The translations under genes were made by a program, and so were the position numbers. DNA of 64,000 nucleotides from contig JAIRMA010000061.1 in assembly GCA_031259085.1 (NCBI GenBank), positions 39,773 through 103,772 on the forward strand, in the 5' to 3' direction. The DNA is from Christensenellaceae bacterium (GTDB lineage: Bacteria > Bacillota > Clostridia > Christensenellales > DTU072). Below the pieces are notes generated by a model. That model did not search any database. It saw nothing but the letters and a program-made list of their open reading frames with translations, and was not told where the DNA came from. Shown here in pieces: positions 49,826-60,730 of this stretch (position 1 is the first letter of the stretch; every line of letters begins with the position of its first letter).

Positions 49826-51034
49826 ATGAAAATCACTGCAATCATTTGTGAATACAATCCAATGACCAATGGACATATTAGACACTTGAATAAAGCCAAG
49901 TCTGATACAGGTTGTGATACTATATTATGCATTATGAGCGGTAGCTTTGTTCAGCGTGGAGATCCTGCAATAGCAGATAAATATTTTAGGGCACAAGTGG
50001 CGGTTAAACAGGGCGCAGATGTCGTAGTAGAGCTACCAACAATTTATGCAATTTCTCCTGCTGATAATTTTGCATTTGGTGCAATTAAAACAATTTCTGC
50101 CTTCTCAGATGTTGAATATTTGAGCTTTGGTAGTGAATGTGGTGACGCCGAGTTATTAACTAAAGCTGCTATGCTTTTGTCTGATGAACCTGGAGAATTA
50201 AGTGCATTAATACAGAAAAATTCCAAAAACGGTGACAATTATCCCAAAGCCCGTGCCTTAGCACTTAATGAATATGGAAAAAAACATAAGGATTTTGAGA
50301 ATCTAATAGGGATTTTAGATAAACCAAATAATGTATTAGGGATTGCCTATATAACAGCAGTCTTAAAGGCAGGACTTAATATCAAAATTCATACAATAAA
50401 AAGAGATGGGGCAGACTATAACTCTGTAGAATGTGATTCAGACTATCCTTCTTCTACTGCAATTCGAAATGCAATAAAAAGAAAAGATTTAGAAAGTATT
50501 GCAAATGATGTGCCATACGAAGTATATTCATACATCTCAAAGTTGCAAACGGGTGAGGATGCTTTAAGTGATATGATTTTGTTTAAAATCAAAAGTATGA
50601 GTAAGGAAGAACTCTCTACTTGTTACGATGTATCCACTAATGGGATTTTGAATAGAATAAAGGCCGCTTCAATTTCTGCCACTACTCTAGACCAACTATT
50701 AGAAACTGCAAAAACAAAAAATCATACAATGGCACGTATTAAGCGCCTATGCTTATATGCTTTATTCGGTATTACAAATAAAATGTATCAAGATGCGGTT
50801 ACTTGTCCAGCACACGTTAGCATTCTAGCCATTAATGAATCACGAAAAGATACTATCCTATCATCCCTATCTCTATCGTGCAAAAATGTTTTAACTAGAT
50901 TCAGTGATGTTAATCGCGTAGATAAGACCTTAAGATTTTTGATTCAATTGGATTTTACCGCACAAGGAACGTTAAATATAATTAACAGGACAAGCTCATA
51001 TAATAAAAAAATGTTACTTGTGTCTCGTTCCTAA
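49826..51034 (+). CDS. tmcAL: tRNA(Met) cytidine acetate ligase (YlbM/TmcAL nucleotidyltransferase)
   Basis: EYNPMTNGH, MSGSFVQRG, SFGSECG, PNNVLGIAY, SSTAIR; divergent from pta-ackA. Confidence 0.92.
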   Translation: MKITAIICEYNPMTNGHIRHLNKAKSDTGCDTILCIMSGSFVQRGDPAIADKYFRAQVAVKQGADVVVELPTIYAISPADNFAFGAIKTISAFSDVEYLSFGSECGDAELLTKAAMLLSDEPGELSALIQKNSKNGDNYPKARALALNEYGKKHKDFENLIGILDKPNNVLGIAYITAVLKAGLNIKIHTIKRDGADYNSVECDSDYPSSTAIRNAIKRKDLESIANDVPYEVYSYISKLQTGEDALSDMILFKIKSMSKEELSTCYDVSTNGILNRIKAASISATTLDQLLETAKTKNHTMARIKRLCLYALFGITNKMYQDAVTCPAHVSILAINESRKDTILSSLSLSCKNVLTRFSDVNRVDKTLRFLIQLDFTAQGTLNIINRTSSYNKKMLLVSRS

Positions 51035-51070
51035 CTATAATTTTGCTTACATGTTATATTTTTCTTAATT

Positions 51071-51106
51071 AAAAAAACACCAGAATTAAATTCTGGTGTT
51101 TTTTTT
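51071..51106. terminator. Bidirectional intrinsic terminator (tmcAL / rpsR)
   Basis: AAAAAAACACCAGAAT-TAA-ATTCTGGTGTTTTTTT perfect inverted repeat with A- and T-tracts. Confidence 0.92.
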
Positions 51107-51138
51107 GTATATATGCATTTCCAATGAACAAACTACTT

Positions 51139-51432
51139 CTATTCACCTTTAAAAGGTATAAGTGCCATCACCCGCGCCCTTTTTATCGCGATGGCTAACA
51201 GTCTTTGATGAGTGACACATACTCCAGATATCCTGCGTGGTATTATTTTGCCTTTCTCTGTTATATATTTCGGTCTCTGTTTCTCAGAATTCTTGTCAAA
51301 ATAGGATGTCCTTTCAATTTCTCTAGCTATTCCAATATAATTAATATCATTTGTTCTTGTAACACAAAAATTACATACTTTTTTTCTTGCTGGTCTGCGT
51401 CCAGAATATGCTGGCCTTGAGTCCTTATTCAT
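51139..51432 (-). CDS. rpsR: 30S ribosomal protein S18 (Zn-ligand form, with internal insertion)
   Basis: [37 protein letters not shown]; third gene of rpsF-ssb-rpsR. Confidence 0.96.
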   Translation of the reverse strand: MNKDSRPAYSGRRPARKKVCNFCVTRTNDINYIGIAREIERTSYFDKNSEKQRPKYITEKGKIIPRRISGVCVTHQRLLAIAIKRARVMALIPFKGE

Positions 51433-51450
51433 TTTGTTATTTTCTCCTTT

Positions 51451-51882
51451 TTAAAATGGTAAATCGTCGCTTTCGACAGTGACGTTTTTAAGTTGGTCCA
51501 CCACTTTGTGGTCATCTTTAGGGGTATCGGATCCATAATACTGTGGGCTGTCAGTAGTGTCACCTTTAGTTCCCAAAAATTCAACTTCATCTGCTACTAT
51601 ATCTACGCTCTGTCTTTTAGTTCCATCGTTACTAGTATACTGAGAAATTTGAATTGAACCAGAAACTATTACTGGCTTTCCCTTCTTTAAATATTTTGCA
51701 CAGTTTTCAGCTATCGCACGCCAGCAAACAACATTGAAAAAATCAGTGTTGACTTCTCCTTCCTTTGTTTTTGTGGGATAAGATCTTTGAACTGCAAGCC
51801 CGAATTTACACAACTTTGCTCCGCCTGCGGTTGATAATTCTGGGTCACGAGTTAAATTCCCTTTAGCAATAAACTTATTCAT
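51451..51882 (-). CDS. ssb: Single-stranded DNA-binding protein
   Basis: GNLTRDPEL, DFFNVVCW, C-terminal DDLPF. Confidence 0.97.
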   Translation of the reverse strand: MNKFIAKGNLTRDPELSTAGGAKLCKFGLAVQRSYPTKTKEGEVNTDFFNVVCWRAIAENCAKYLKKGKPVIVSGSIQISQYTSNDGTKRQSVDIVADEVEFLGTKGDTTDSPQYYGSDTPKDDHKVVDQLKNVTVESDDLPF

Positions 51883-51892
51883 AAATTCACCT

Positions 51893-52177
51893 CTATTCGT
51901 CTAGAGTGATTAGTTGGCGAAGAATTACGTCACTAATGCGCATTTGTCTATTAACTTCTAATGGGATAGTTGATGGACCCTCAAACAAAACAAGAACATA
52001 AAACCCTTCGGTTTTACGATTTATTGGATAGGCTAATGTGCGCTTGTCCCATTGGTCGGTTTTTGTAATAGAACCGCCCAAACTTGTTATTAGCTCTGTA
52101 TATTTATCAACGATAGCTTGTCTAGCTTCCTTTTCCAAGCTCGCGTCAATAATATATAATAATTGATATTTTGTCAT
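51893..52177 (-). CDS. rpsF: 30S ribosomal protein S6
   Basis: KYQLLYII, WDKRTLAYPI, EGFYVL. Confidence 0.96.
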   Translation of the reverse strand: MTKYQLLYIIDASLEKEARQAIVDKYTELITSLGGSITKTDQWDKRTLAYPINRKTEGFYVLVLFEGPSTIPLEVNRQMRISDVILRQLITLDE

Positions 52178-52185
52178 TAAAAAAA

Positions 52186-52225
52186 CTCCTTATGGTCATT
52201 TGGCTTCTCTCGAGAAGCAAGGATA
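52186..52225 (-). ncRNA. S6:S18 ribosomal protein leader (autoregulatory RNA)
   Basis: Minus strand ATCCTT-GCTTCTC-GA-GAGAAGC-CAAATGACCAT-AAGGAG: the stem sequesters the SD with a CC-containing internal loop, as in the Firmicute rpsF leader. Confidence 0.75.
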
Positions 52226-53051
52226 TCTCGCATGTAACCGCGAGATTATATGGATATATAATAACAAAGTTTTTGTGGTTTGTAAAGTAAATTTAATTGA
52301 ATAATCTGGATATTTACTAATTTGATCGATTATTGTAAATAAATATAGTCCTTGTTTTTGTGTTTGGTTTCACTTTTTTCAGTACGTTAATATGAATTTA
52401 ACCGACATTCTAATGCTTAATTATATGCTTGTTCCTTTTCTATTAAAGCTAATTAAAACTTAATTGCTTATTAAATCTAATGGATCTGGTTAAAAATGCT
52501 AATTCTATTCAAAATCGCTCCTTAAGAGATTTAACTATTCAAATTTAACATTTTAATCTCAAAAAAAGAAGAAATATTCCTTTCTCACAAATCTTTTTTA
52601 AGTCAAAAATAATTATAATTTCTCTTTTCATATGAAAACTAAAAAAATCATGACTTATAGGCTGTGAAAAGCTAGAAATATATGGCTTAGTCCAAAATTA
52701 TCGACTTAATTCACCATTCCCTTAATTGATCTTAAGGCTTGTTTGCTTATGAATTTTTCGGTTATTTATTTTGAAATAATTACATTATTGTTAAATCTAT
52801 AAATTTTGTTTAAAAAGCATAATTTTACTCGCCATAAAACTTTTTTTATAGTATAATTATAAAGATTTAATTTTGTATGAATCGGTATCACATCTTTATA
52901 ATATATGTGACACTCATATTCAACGCTTTTCTATGTTAAATTTACATAAATTTCTAGCTTTATGTGATCTCAAATTGCGGAATTAGAAATTAAATAACCA
53001 TTCTATAAATTTGCGATGTAGATTTTCAGTACTGTAGGTCAGGTAGTCTAA

Positions 53052-55727
53052 ATGACAGTTAAAACAAGACGCTTTAGCATAATAATTTTCATATGTGCCG
53101 TTTTTATAACTGCGTTAGTTACAATTGTTAGTTTCACTAACAATTTTGCAACGGCAAAAATTACTTATCCAGGTCTTGAATTTCCAATAGCTGAAAATTC
53201 TGGAAACATTACGTATGATCCTACAAAAACACTCGCCGATTTTAATCTTATTAATGGTTCAACTTCGGCTGGAACTTTTGTATGGAAATATCCAGGTTTA
53301 ACACCAACATGTAACGTCACACTCTATGACGTTGTTTTTACACCCTTTGATCAGAGTAATTACGAGATCGAAACAAAAGCTGTAGAGCTTATCATTAAGA
53401 AAGCAACACCTACATCAATCACATTCCCAGAAATTACTCAAACTCATACTTACAGTGTCAATTTAAAACTGCAGGACATTCAATTTACAAATGGCGCAGG
53501 TGATGGAAATTTTTCATGGAATAACGGTGAGAATGAATTATTAACTGTTGGGACAAAATCATACACACTGACATTTACACCCAGGGATCTCATTAATTAT
53601 GATTATTCGAGTTATTCCAGTTTATCAAAAAACTACACAATAACTATTACACCAGCGGTTGGTTCCGTAGTTTTCCCAACACACTTAAACATAGTTTATG
53701 AGCCAAATAAGACTTTGGGTGACATTGACATAGTTGAAAAGGCCTCTGTGGATAGCGGTGGCAAAGTGGGTGGGAATGGATCCTTTTATTGGAAAACCCC
53801 AACAACAGTTATATCAACGTCTCTCACAAATTCTTTAGTTGTTTTTGTTCCTAATCCAAATTATTCGTTTGAGGATCAGACGTTTGAGAGATCCATTACT
53901 ATAGTGATTGACAAGGCTACGCCTCCAAATTTAGTTTTTCCTACAGCAAATTCTATAATATATGCTCCGACTAAACAATTATCTCAAATTGCATTAATAG
54001 ATGGATTAGGTGATGGTAAATTTGATTGGAAATATCCCACGACAATCCCACAAGTAACCATTAATAGTTACCTCGTTGTATTTGTCCCACGCGATTCTAA
54101 CAACTATGATTATCAAGATGTCGCATGCGAGGCAATGGTCACATTATTAGTCGAAAAGGCAACTCCTGATACAATAATTTTTCCATCAGCACCAACAATG
54201 ATCACTTACAATCCGAATCACACCCTGATAAACATCCCCTTGTCTGGTGGAGCAGGTGATGGCGGTTTCTCGTGGGCTAGTCCTAACACTGTGCCAGTAG
54301 TCGCGATCACTGACTACGTTATTTTATTCACGCCTAGAGATGAGGTTAATTATAATTACACTGAAATTCCAAGGACTCATACAGTACAAATTACAGTGCA
54401 AAAAGCAATCCCTGTAAACGTGATATTCCCGACTACACAAGCTGTAACATATGATCCAACATCATCATTGGAAAATGTCGCATTTGTCAGAGAGAGTGGC
54501 AGCGGGGATGGTTCGTTTCAGTGGACTACTCCCTCTATAGTACCATCTGCATCAGTCAGTTCATATCAAGTAAAATTCACACCGTCTGATATAGCTAATT
54601 ACGAGATTCTTTATTCAATGATAGATCTCCAAGTTAATAAGCTACAGTTGAGCGAAGTATCTGATCACGGAGTGCAGTTTCCATCAATTTTAGGCGCTGT
54701 ACAATATGACCCCACTTCTACTTTATCTAATATTGCAATTAATGGTATCACCTCAACTTACACTGGCACGTTTAACTGGGCTGATCCTAATATTATTCCG
54801 ACTGTCAATGTGACTCAGTATGATGCAGTTTTTGTCCCTGACGATGCAAATATTATAGGCCTCACATATAAAATTACATTAACCGTCCAAAAGGCAATTG
54901 CTACATCCTTCCCGCGTCCAGACGACTTCACTCTTCCTTTTACTTATACTGAAAGCCTAAGCTTATTGGATATCACTTTTTCAAATAATAGCGAGGGTAG
55001 TTATGAATGGACGAATCACAACATAAATCCATTCGTAAATAATGATGGTTATACCGCTGTTTTTGTCCCATACAATAATTCTAATTATGATTATTCTGAA
55101 TTAGAAACCCTTGAATTCACAGTTATACCTTTGATTAGTCCTAAAACACTTTCTCCATCAGAATACACTATTCCTACCGATTTAAGAGCTACATATGGAG
55201 ACACTCTGTCTGATATTATATTACCTAATGGCTTTAATTGGGAAATCCCTGAGAATACTCAAGTCGGTCCAGTAGGGAACCGCGTTTTCAGCGCATCATA
55301 TCACCCAACCACAAATTCTCAAAATTATGTTACTATAACTAATATTGCCTTAACAATTACTGTAGAAAAGGCCACAAATAGTGCTCAACCTAGTGCATCT
55401 GACGTAAAGGTTGCCAAAAAAAGTGGAAGCTCAATAGTGTTTGAAAGCGACAAGGCTCTCGAATATTCTATAGATGGCGGTAAAACGTGGCAGAGCTCAC
55501 CTGTATTTACTGAGTTAACACCACAGAAAGAATATAAATTTTTAGTACGAATTAAAGAAGATGAATTTTATCTTGCTAGCGCAAATTGGCAAGAAATTGT
55601 AATTAAAACACCAATGTCAGGATTTCTTGCAGCTCTAATTGTCATAGCTGGCTTTTTGGTAGCGGGAATAATTTTTGCGATAGTATACTATCTATGTGTA
55701 AAAAGGCAAACTGACAAAAAACTATAA
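53052..55727 (+). CDS. Membrane-anchored surface protein with ~9 tandem ~80-90 aa beta-sandwich repeats and an FN3-like domain
   Basis: N-terminal signal/TM; repeating KATP..FP....Y.P...L..I.L..G.GDG.F.W..P...P.V....Y...F.P.D..NY; LEYSIDGGKTWQ domain; C-terminal TM plus basic tail. Confidence 0.87.
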   Translation: MTVKTRRFSIIIFICAVFITALVTIVSFTNNFATAKITYPGLEFPIAENSGNITYDPTKTLADFNLINGSTSAGTFVWKYPGLTPTCNVTLYDVVFTPFDQSNYEIETKAVELIIKKATPTSITFPEITQTHTYSVNLKLQDIQFTNGAGDGNFSWNNGENELLTVGTKSYTLTFTPRDLINYDYSSYSSLSKNYTITITPAVGSVVFPTHLNIVYEPNKTLGDIDIVEKASVDSGGKVGGNGSFYWKTPTTVISTSLTNSLVVFVPNPNYSFEDQTFERSITIVIDKATPPNLVFPTANSIIYAPTKQLSQIALIDGLGDGKFDWKYPTTIPQVTINSYLVVFVPRDSNNYDYQDVACEAMVTLLVEKATPDTIIFPSAPTMITYNPNHTLINIPLSGGAGDGGFSWASPNTVPVVAITDYVILFTPRDEVNYNYTEIPRTHTVQITVQKAIPVNVIFPTTQAVTYDPTSSLENVAFVRESGSGDGSFQWTTPSIVPSASVSSYQVKFTPSDIANYEILYSMIDLQVNKLQLSEVSDHGVQFPSILGAVQYDPTSTLSNIAINGITSTYTGTFNWADPNIIPTVNVTQYDAVFVPDDANIIGLTYKITLTVQKAIATSFPRPDDFTLPFTYTESLSLLDITFSNNSEGSYEWTNHNINPFVNNDGYTAVFVPYNNSNYDYSELETLEFTVIPLISPKTLSPSEYTIPTDLRATYGDTLSDIILPNGFNWEIPENTQVGPVGNRVFSASYHPTTNSQNYVTITNIALTITVEKATNSAQPSASDVKVAKKSGSSIVFESDKALEYSIDGGKTWQSSPVFTELTPQKEYKFLVRIKEDEFYLASANWQEIVIKTPMSGFLAALIVIAGFLVAGIIFAIVYYLCVKRQTDKKL

Positions 55728-55776
55728 AATAACACATTGCATCTTACATGCAAAATTAAGGATAAATATATAACAT

Positions 55777-57027
55777 ATGACATTTAATGAATTGAACTTA
55801 TCACAACCGATTTTAAAAGCTATATCGAAAATTGGATTCTCTGAACCAACTGAAATACAAGCCAAATGCATCCCCGAATTACTTTCAAAGAAAGATGTAG
55901 TAGGCCAATCCATGACAGGATCTGGTAAGACTTTTGCATTTGGCATTCCAGCTATTGAATCTATTGATCAAAACATCAATGAAATACAAGCGCTGATTTT
56001 ATGTCCGACTAGAGAACTCGCAATACAAATTACAGACGAGCTACGTAAATTAACTTCTTATAACCATAGTATAGGCATTGCGCCAGTTTATGGCGGGCAC
56101 AATATGGCTAAGCAAATTATGTCTATTAAAAAGAGTAAAATTGTAGTTGGTACTCCTGGCAGAATATTAGACCATATGCACAGAAAAACTCTAAAACTTA
56201 ATTCCATAAGCTTTGTGGTCTTAGATGAAGCTGACGAAATGTTGAACATGGGATTTAGACACGACATTGAAACAATCTTAAAAGCTACCCCACGAAACAA
56301 CAAAACTACTGCGATGTTTTCTGCGACAATGCCTGTTGCTATTAAATCACTAATGGTGACACACATGCATTCGCCAGTATTTATAGAGACTTCTAAATCT
56401 ACCACCACGCAGGAGGAAATAGACGAAACATTTCTTAGAACTATACCTGGTGGCAAAAAACAAGCCGTTCTTGAGTTGCTAAATAAACTTCATCCACAAA
56501 GTGCAATTGTCTTTTGTAATACCAGACAAATGGTAGATTCACTCACTAGGTTCCTAATATCACACTCAATAGACGCTAAAGCAATACACGGTGATAGAAC
56601 TCAATCTGAGCGCAAGAGAACTATGGATCTAATGAAAGCACATAATTTAACAATTTTAGTCGCAACAGATGTGGCTGCACGAGGAATTGATATTGACAGT
56701 GTTGAGTATATTATAAACTTTGATATTCCCAATGATTTTGAATTGTATACGCATCGGATTGGAAGAACAGGCCGAGCTGGGAAAAAGGGTGTTTCTATCT
56801 CTATTGTTGATGATGCAGAGAAATTAGACACATTGACGGCTATTATAAAATCTAGGAAAACAACTCTTAGAGAACATGAATTATCTACAACCCTATCAAC
56901 CTTTTCTGATATTGTTTCGACTAAAAATTCACCAAAATCAGCTATGCATGGCGGCGGACCTTATAATGCTAAATCTAAAACATTTATACCTTTTATGAAG
57001 TCGAACTCTCGAAGGAAACTTCGCTAG
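55777..57027 (+). CDS. DEAD-box ATP-dependent RNA helicase
   Basis: Q motif, TGSGKT, PTRELA, TPGR, DEAD, SAT, ARGID, HRIGRTGR. Confidence 0.96.
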   Translation: MTFNELNLSQPILKAISKIGFSEPTEIQAKCIPELLSKKDVVGQSMTGSGKTFAFGIPAIESIDQNINEIQALILCPTRELAIQITDELRKLTSYNHSIGIAPVYGGHNMAKQIMSIKKSKIVVGTPGRILDHMHRKTLKLNSISFVVLDEADEMLNMGFRHDIETILKATPRNNKTTAMFSATMPVAIKSLMVTHMHSPVFIETSKSTTTQEEIDETFLRTIPGGKKQAVLELLNKLHPQSAIVFCNTRQMVDSLTRFLISHSIDAKAIHGDRTQSERKRTMDLMKAHNLTILVATDVAARGIDIDSVEYIINFDIPNDFELYTHRIGRTGRAGKKGVSISIVDDAEKLDTLTAIIKSRKTTLREHELSTTLSTFSDIVSTKNSPKSAMHGGGPYNAKSKTFIPFMKSNSRRKLR

Positions 57028-57057
57028 TATACTTAAAAAGTTTATTTATAATCGGCT

Positions 57058-58044
57058 TTAAAAGAAAATTTGACATATGACCAGTGTCACTGAAAAGCTT
57101 AATATGCTTTGCCAAACCTTTGTAATCAAATATTTTCTAAACTTAATCTTGCATTTTATTAAGAAAGCCATTGATTGAAGAGCTATTGACATGCCTCCAA
57201 AAGCTAACATAACAGATAAAATAGGTAGAATTATCTTTGGATCATAATTCAGTTTTGAAATAATAATTATCCCGCGCGTGGGTTCGATTATAGAAGTGAT
57301 AATAGCTGATGAGATTTCATTTGGCACTTTAAAAAGCCTCAATACACTTGAAATTCCACTAATAATAGACAAGCTGTTTAGTAGAGTTATTATAACATTA
57401 AAAATAATAATGTATGCGCCAACTATAAGAATTGATGTGGTGCTACTGCTTACGGCATTTGTCAGAGTTTCAGATATTTGTGGTGCCTTAAATTGATTTT
57501 TTATTATTAACGGTCTCTCTTCTCTATGTTCATTCAAAATAGCCGATTTTCCAAATAATACTCCGTTTAATATAGCCCCTATATAATGAGAAATTAACAA
57601 AGCTATCCCTATGTATCTATTGTTAAAATGAGCAGTCCCAATCGTTCCTAATATGAATAGCGGACTAGCTGTTGATGTAAATGGTATGATTGACTCAGCT
57701 CTTGACGTATCCAATAATTTCTGATCATAGCAATCAGAAATTAATTTTGCTCCTGTTGGATAACCAGAAATTGAGGCTATCGCAAATATAGAATATCCAA
57801 TTCGAGGGGCATTGAAGATATTCAATCTCCGCCTTTTTTTAGACTGGCTTAAGTCATTAGCTAAAATTTGTAATATTAAGACCTTCGAAAAAAAGAAAAA
57901 TGGAAAGAGGTTAGGAAAAATGTACACTGCAAAAATCGACAAACTATCCAGAACCGAGTCTATATACGGTTTTGGATTAATTGCAATCATGATCATAATA
58001 ACTGATGTGATTCCTGTCATTACTACAATTGAATATTTTCTCAC
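57058..58044 (-). CDS. ylbJ: Sporulation integral membrane protein YlbJ
   Basis: FP.LFPFF, SGYPTGAKL, SPLFILGTIG, E.TRG, FGG.SI..Q motifs; sigma-E-like -10 CATACAT upstream. Confidence 0.85.
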   Translation of the reverse strand: MRKYSIVVMTGITSVIMIMIAINPKPYIDSVLDSLSIFAVYIFPNLFPFFFFSKVLILQILANDLSQSKKRRRLNIFNAPRIGYSIFAIASISGYPTGAKLISDCYDQKLLDTSRAESIIPFTSTASPLFILGTIGTAHFNNRYIGIALLISHYIGAILNGVLFGKSAILNEHREERPLIIKNQFKAPQISETLTNAVSSSTTSILIVGAYIIIFNVIITLLNSLSIISGISSVLRLFKVPNEISSAIITSIIEPTRGIIIISKLNYDPKIILPILSVMLAFGGMSIALQSMAFLIKCKIKFRKYLITKVWQSILSFSVTLVICQIFF

Positions 58045-58165
58045 TCACATATTTTATGCAATATGTATGCTAAATATTTTTAAAAAGAACATGTGAGGAA
58101 TATATAAATCAGCGTGGTTTTTGCTTTTTAATCTTATTCAAATTCACATGATGTTATTGATATGC

Positions 58166-59194
58166 TTATCTAAGATAATATTTGTTTTCGATTTCCTTTA
58201 TAGTAACAATTCTTTTTTCTATTAATGATGTTTGAGCGGCTATCCCCATTAGTACTGGCTTTAACCCGTCTAATACGTTCACTAAAACTGGTGTGTCGTT
58301 TACAATCGAAGTTATAAATGCCTTTATTTCACTAATATAGGCCTCGGTGTATCTGTCTAAAAAGAAGTATTTAGGTTTTTCACCAATTATTCCATTACTG
58401 TTACTTATAACAGCAGTTGAATTTGTATCATTAGAAATCGAAATTTGTCCTAAACTTCCAAACGCCTCAATCCTTTGATCATAACCATATGTTGTTTGAC
58501 GGCAATTATCAATTATTGCTGTGCACCCATTATCTAATGTTATTATAACGGCGGCTGTATCAATATCCCCAGCCATTCCAATCTCACTACTAACATTTGC
58601 GGCGCCTGTAGCAAAAACAGCTACTGGCTCTGCTTTTGATATAAAGCGAACCATGTCAAAATCGTGTATCGTCATGTCTAGGAAAATTCCACCAGAGACT
58701 TTAATGTAGGAAATAGGTGGTGGGGCAGGATCTCTAGAGGTGATTTTTAAAATATTAAGAGCCCCTATCAGCCCATTTCGAGTAGCATCCTCAACAGCTT
58801 GGAAATTGTGATCGAATCTTCGATTAAATCCCACTTGGTATTTAATTTTAGAGTCTCTTAATGCATCTATAACCTTGTTTATTTTATTTACATCATGGTC
58901 AATCGGTTTTTCACAAAATACATGTTTCTTTTTTGCTATTGCATCCAGCGAAATTTGGCTATGCGTGTCTGTGGATGAGCATATGAGAACAGCATCAATC
59001 GATTTGTCCATCAATATTTTATTATAATCATCGTAAATCTCAAAAATACCTATCGAGTTTGCCCATTTTTTAATATCATCATTAATCAGTGGATCTGCAA
59101 TAGCCTTTATTTTAGCTTCTGGAACAAGCCTCGATATGCTCTCTGCATGTACCCTTCCGATGCGGCCAACGCCAATAATACCTATGTTTAACAT
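58166..59194 (-). CDS. iolG: Inositol 2-dehydrogenase
   Basis: GVGRIG, FCEKP, GFNRRFD, SRDP.PPP, DMTIHDFD, YGYDQR.E; adjacent to iolE. Confidence 0.93.
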   Translation of the reverse strand: MLNIGIIGVGRIGRVHAESISRLVPEAKIKAIADPLINDDIKKWANSIGIFEIYDDYNKILMDKSIDAVLICSSTDTHSQISLDAIAKKKHVFCEKPIDHDVNKINKVIDALRDSKIKYQVGFNRRFDHNFQAVEDATRNGLIGALNILKITSRDPAPPPISYIKVSGGIFLDMTIHDFDMVRFISKAEPVAVFATGAANVSSEIGMAGDIDTAAVIITLDNGCTAIIDNCRQTTYGYDQRIEAFGSLGQISISNDTNSTAVISNSNGIIGEKPKYFFLDRYTEAYISEIKAFITSIVNDTPVLVNVLDGLKPVLMGIAAQTSLIEKRIVTIKEIENKYYLR

Positions 59195-59370
59195 ATAAAC
59201 TCCATTGCCTCACTCTTGTTGCTAAGAGCTTTCTTTAATTGCGATTCGTTTGATCTGAGAATATTTTAATGATTTGCCTGCTATCATTACATTGAATTAT
59301 ATCATTATAGAACAAAATATGCAAGTGACACTCTGCATGTTAAATGCAAATTATTTGAAAACGCCAAGAG

Positions 59371-60264
59371 CTATATCTTTCCGTTTTCTTTAATATATTT
59401 TCTCGCTATCAATGCCATTTCGAATGGGTTAGCAATACTTGGATCTTGCTCAGCCTCGACAAGCAACCAACCAATGTATTCGTTATCAGCTAGGACTTGA
59501 AAAATAGGCACAAAATCGATTGCCCCATCGCCTGGAACAGTAAATGTACCAAGCTTAACGCCTTGCAAAAACGAAAGATTATCCTCTTTGACTTTTTCAA
59601 TTATTTGTGGTCTAATATCTTTTAAATGAATATGCTTGATTCTAGAAATATACTTATTCAAGATTATCATCGGATCAATTCCACAATATGCTAAATGTCC
59701 AGTGTCAAATAATAATGATACAGAATTAGGATCGGTGTTTAGCATTAATCTATCAATTTCTTCCTCAGTTTGAACTACAGTTCCCATGTGATGATGATAA
59801 ACTAAAGCGAGTCCGAATTCTTGAGCGATTTCACCTAGCCAGTTTAAGCTTTTACATAAAAGTGCCCATTCCTGATCATTCATTGAGTATTTTTCACCAA
59901 ACACAGGTACATTGCTGCCTTGAATACTGAATGTTTGCTCACTTACGCCAATGCATTTAGCACCTACTGCTTTTAGGAGCTTACATTTCTTTCTGAATTC
60001 AATATCAATATCATTAAATGGTTGTGACAAAGTATATGCTGAAAACCACGCGTTTGCAACTGTTAGTTTTCTAACTCTTAAATAACGACGTAATTCATTT
60101 ATTTTGGTTGGATACTTCCCACCCAATTCTGTGCCTTTAAAACCAGCTAATGCTGTCTCACTTAAACATTGCTGAAACGAATTTTCAGCCCCAAGCTCTG
60201 GCATATCATCATTAGTCCATCCAATCGGTGCAATTCCAAGTCTAATGTTTTTTTTATTTAACAT
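59371..60264 (-). CDS. iolE: Myo-inosose-2 dehydratase
   Basis: APIGWTNDD, YHHHMGT, DTGH, HIHLKD, VEAEQDP. Confidence 0.95.
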   Translation of the reverse strand: MLNKKNIRLGIAPIGWTNDDMPELGAENSFQQCLSETALAGFKGTELGGKYPTKINELRRYLRVRKLTVANAWFSAYTLSQPFNDIDIEFRKKCKLLKAVGAKCIGVSEQTFSIQGSNVPVFGEKYSMNDQEWALLCKSLNWLGEIAQEFGLALVYHHHMGTVVQTEEEIDRLMLNTDPNSVSLLFDTGHLAYCGIDPMIILNKYISRIKHIHLKDIRPQIIEKVKEDNLSFLQGVKLGTFTVPGDGAIDFVPIFQVLADNEYIGWLLVEAEQDPSIANPFEMALIARKYIKENGKI

Positions 60265-60684
60265 TTAGTAACTCCTACGTAATATGATTAGAAAATCTGT
60301 TTCTTTGTTGTATACATTATGATCATTTTGCACGTACTTTGAAAAGAAAACACAAAACAACTCAAATAAATATTGGATTTTCACATGAATAAATATAACA
60401 AATTTAATCCAAAAAAACAAGAAATTAAATGTACAAATATGCTAAATTGTAAAATTTCTTGCTAATATAATTCTTATGCCTAGTAACATATAACACTTTG
60501 GATACCTAGTTAGTATAAAATCAGTTACTAATTGTGAAATATTTGTCTGAGAAGAGATAGGTTGCTTAAATTTAAACGTAGAGATGAGCATATAATTTGT
60601 GCGATCCATAGATCATTCTGGCAATATAATAAACTTCTTGAATCATTAAATTTGATGCCACTTATTCTAAAAGAGGCTTAAATA

Positions 60685-60710
60685 AAAAAACCCACTGTTT
60701 CCAGTGGGTT
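60685..60710 (-). terminator. Intrinsic terminator after rpsI
   Basis: AACCCACTG-TTTC-CAGTGGGTT with an A6 tract on the left (U-tract on the minus strand). Confidence 0.87.
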
Positions 60711-60730
60711 AAATCAAATTTGACAAATAA

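Noticed and set aside
47153-51034. tmcAL divergent from pta-ackA and near elongator tRNA-Met
   Set aside because: Functionally neat (acetate use) but a known conserved clostridial neighbourhood, not novel.
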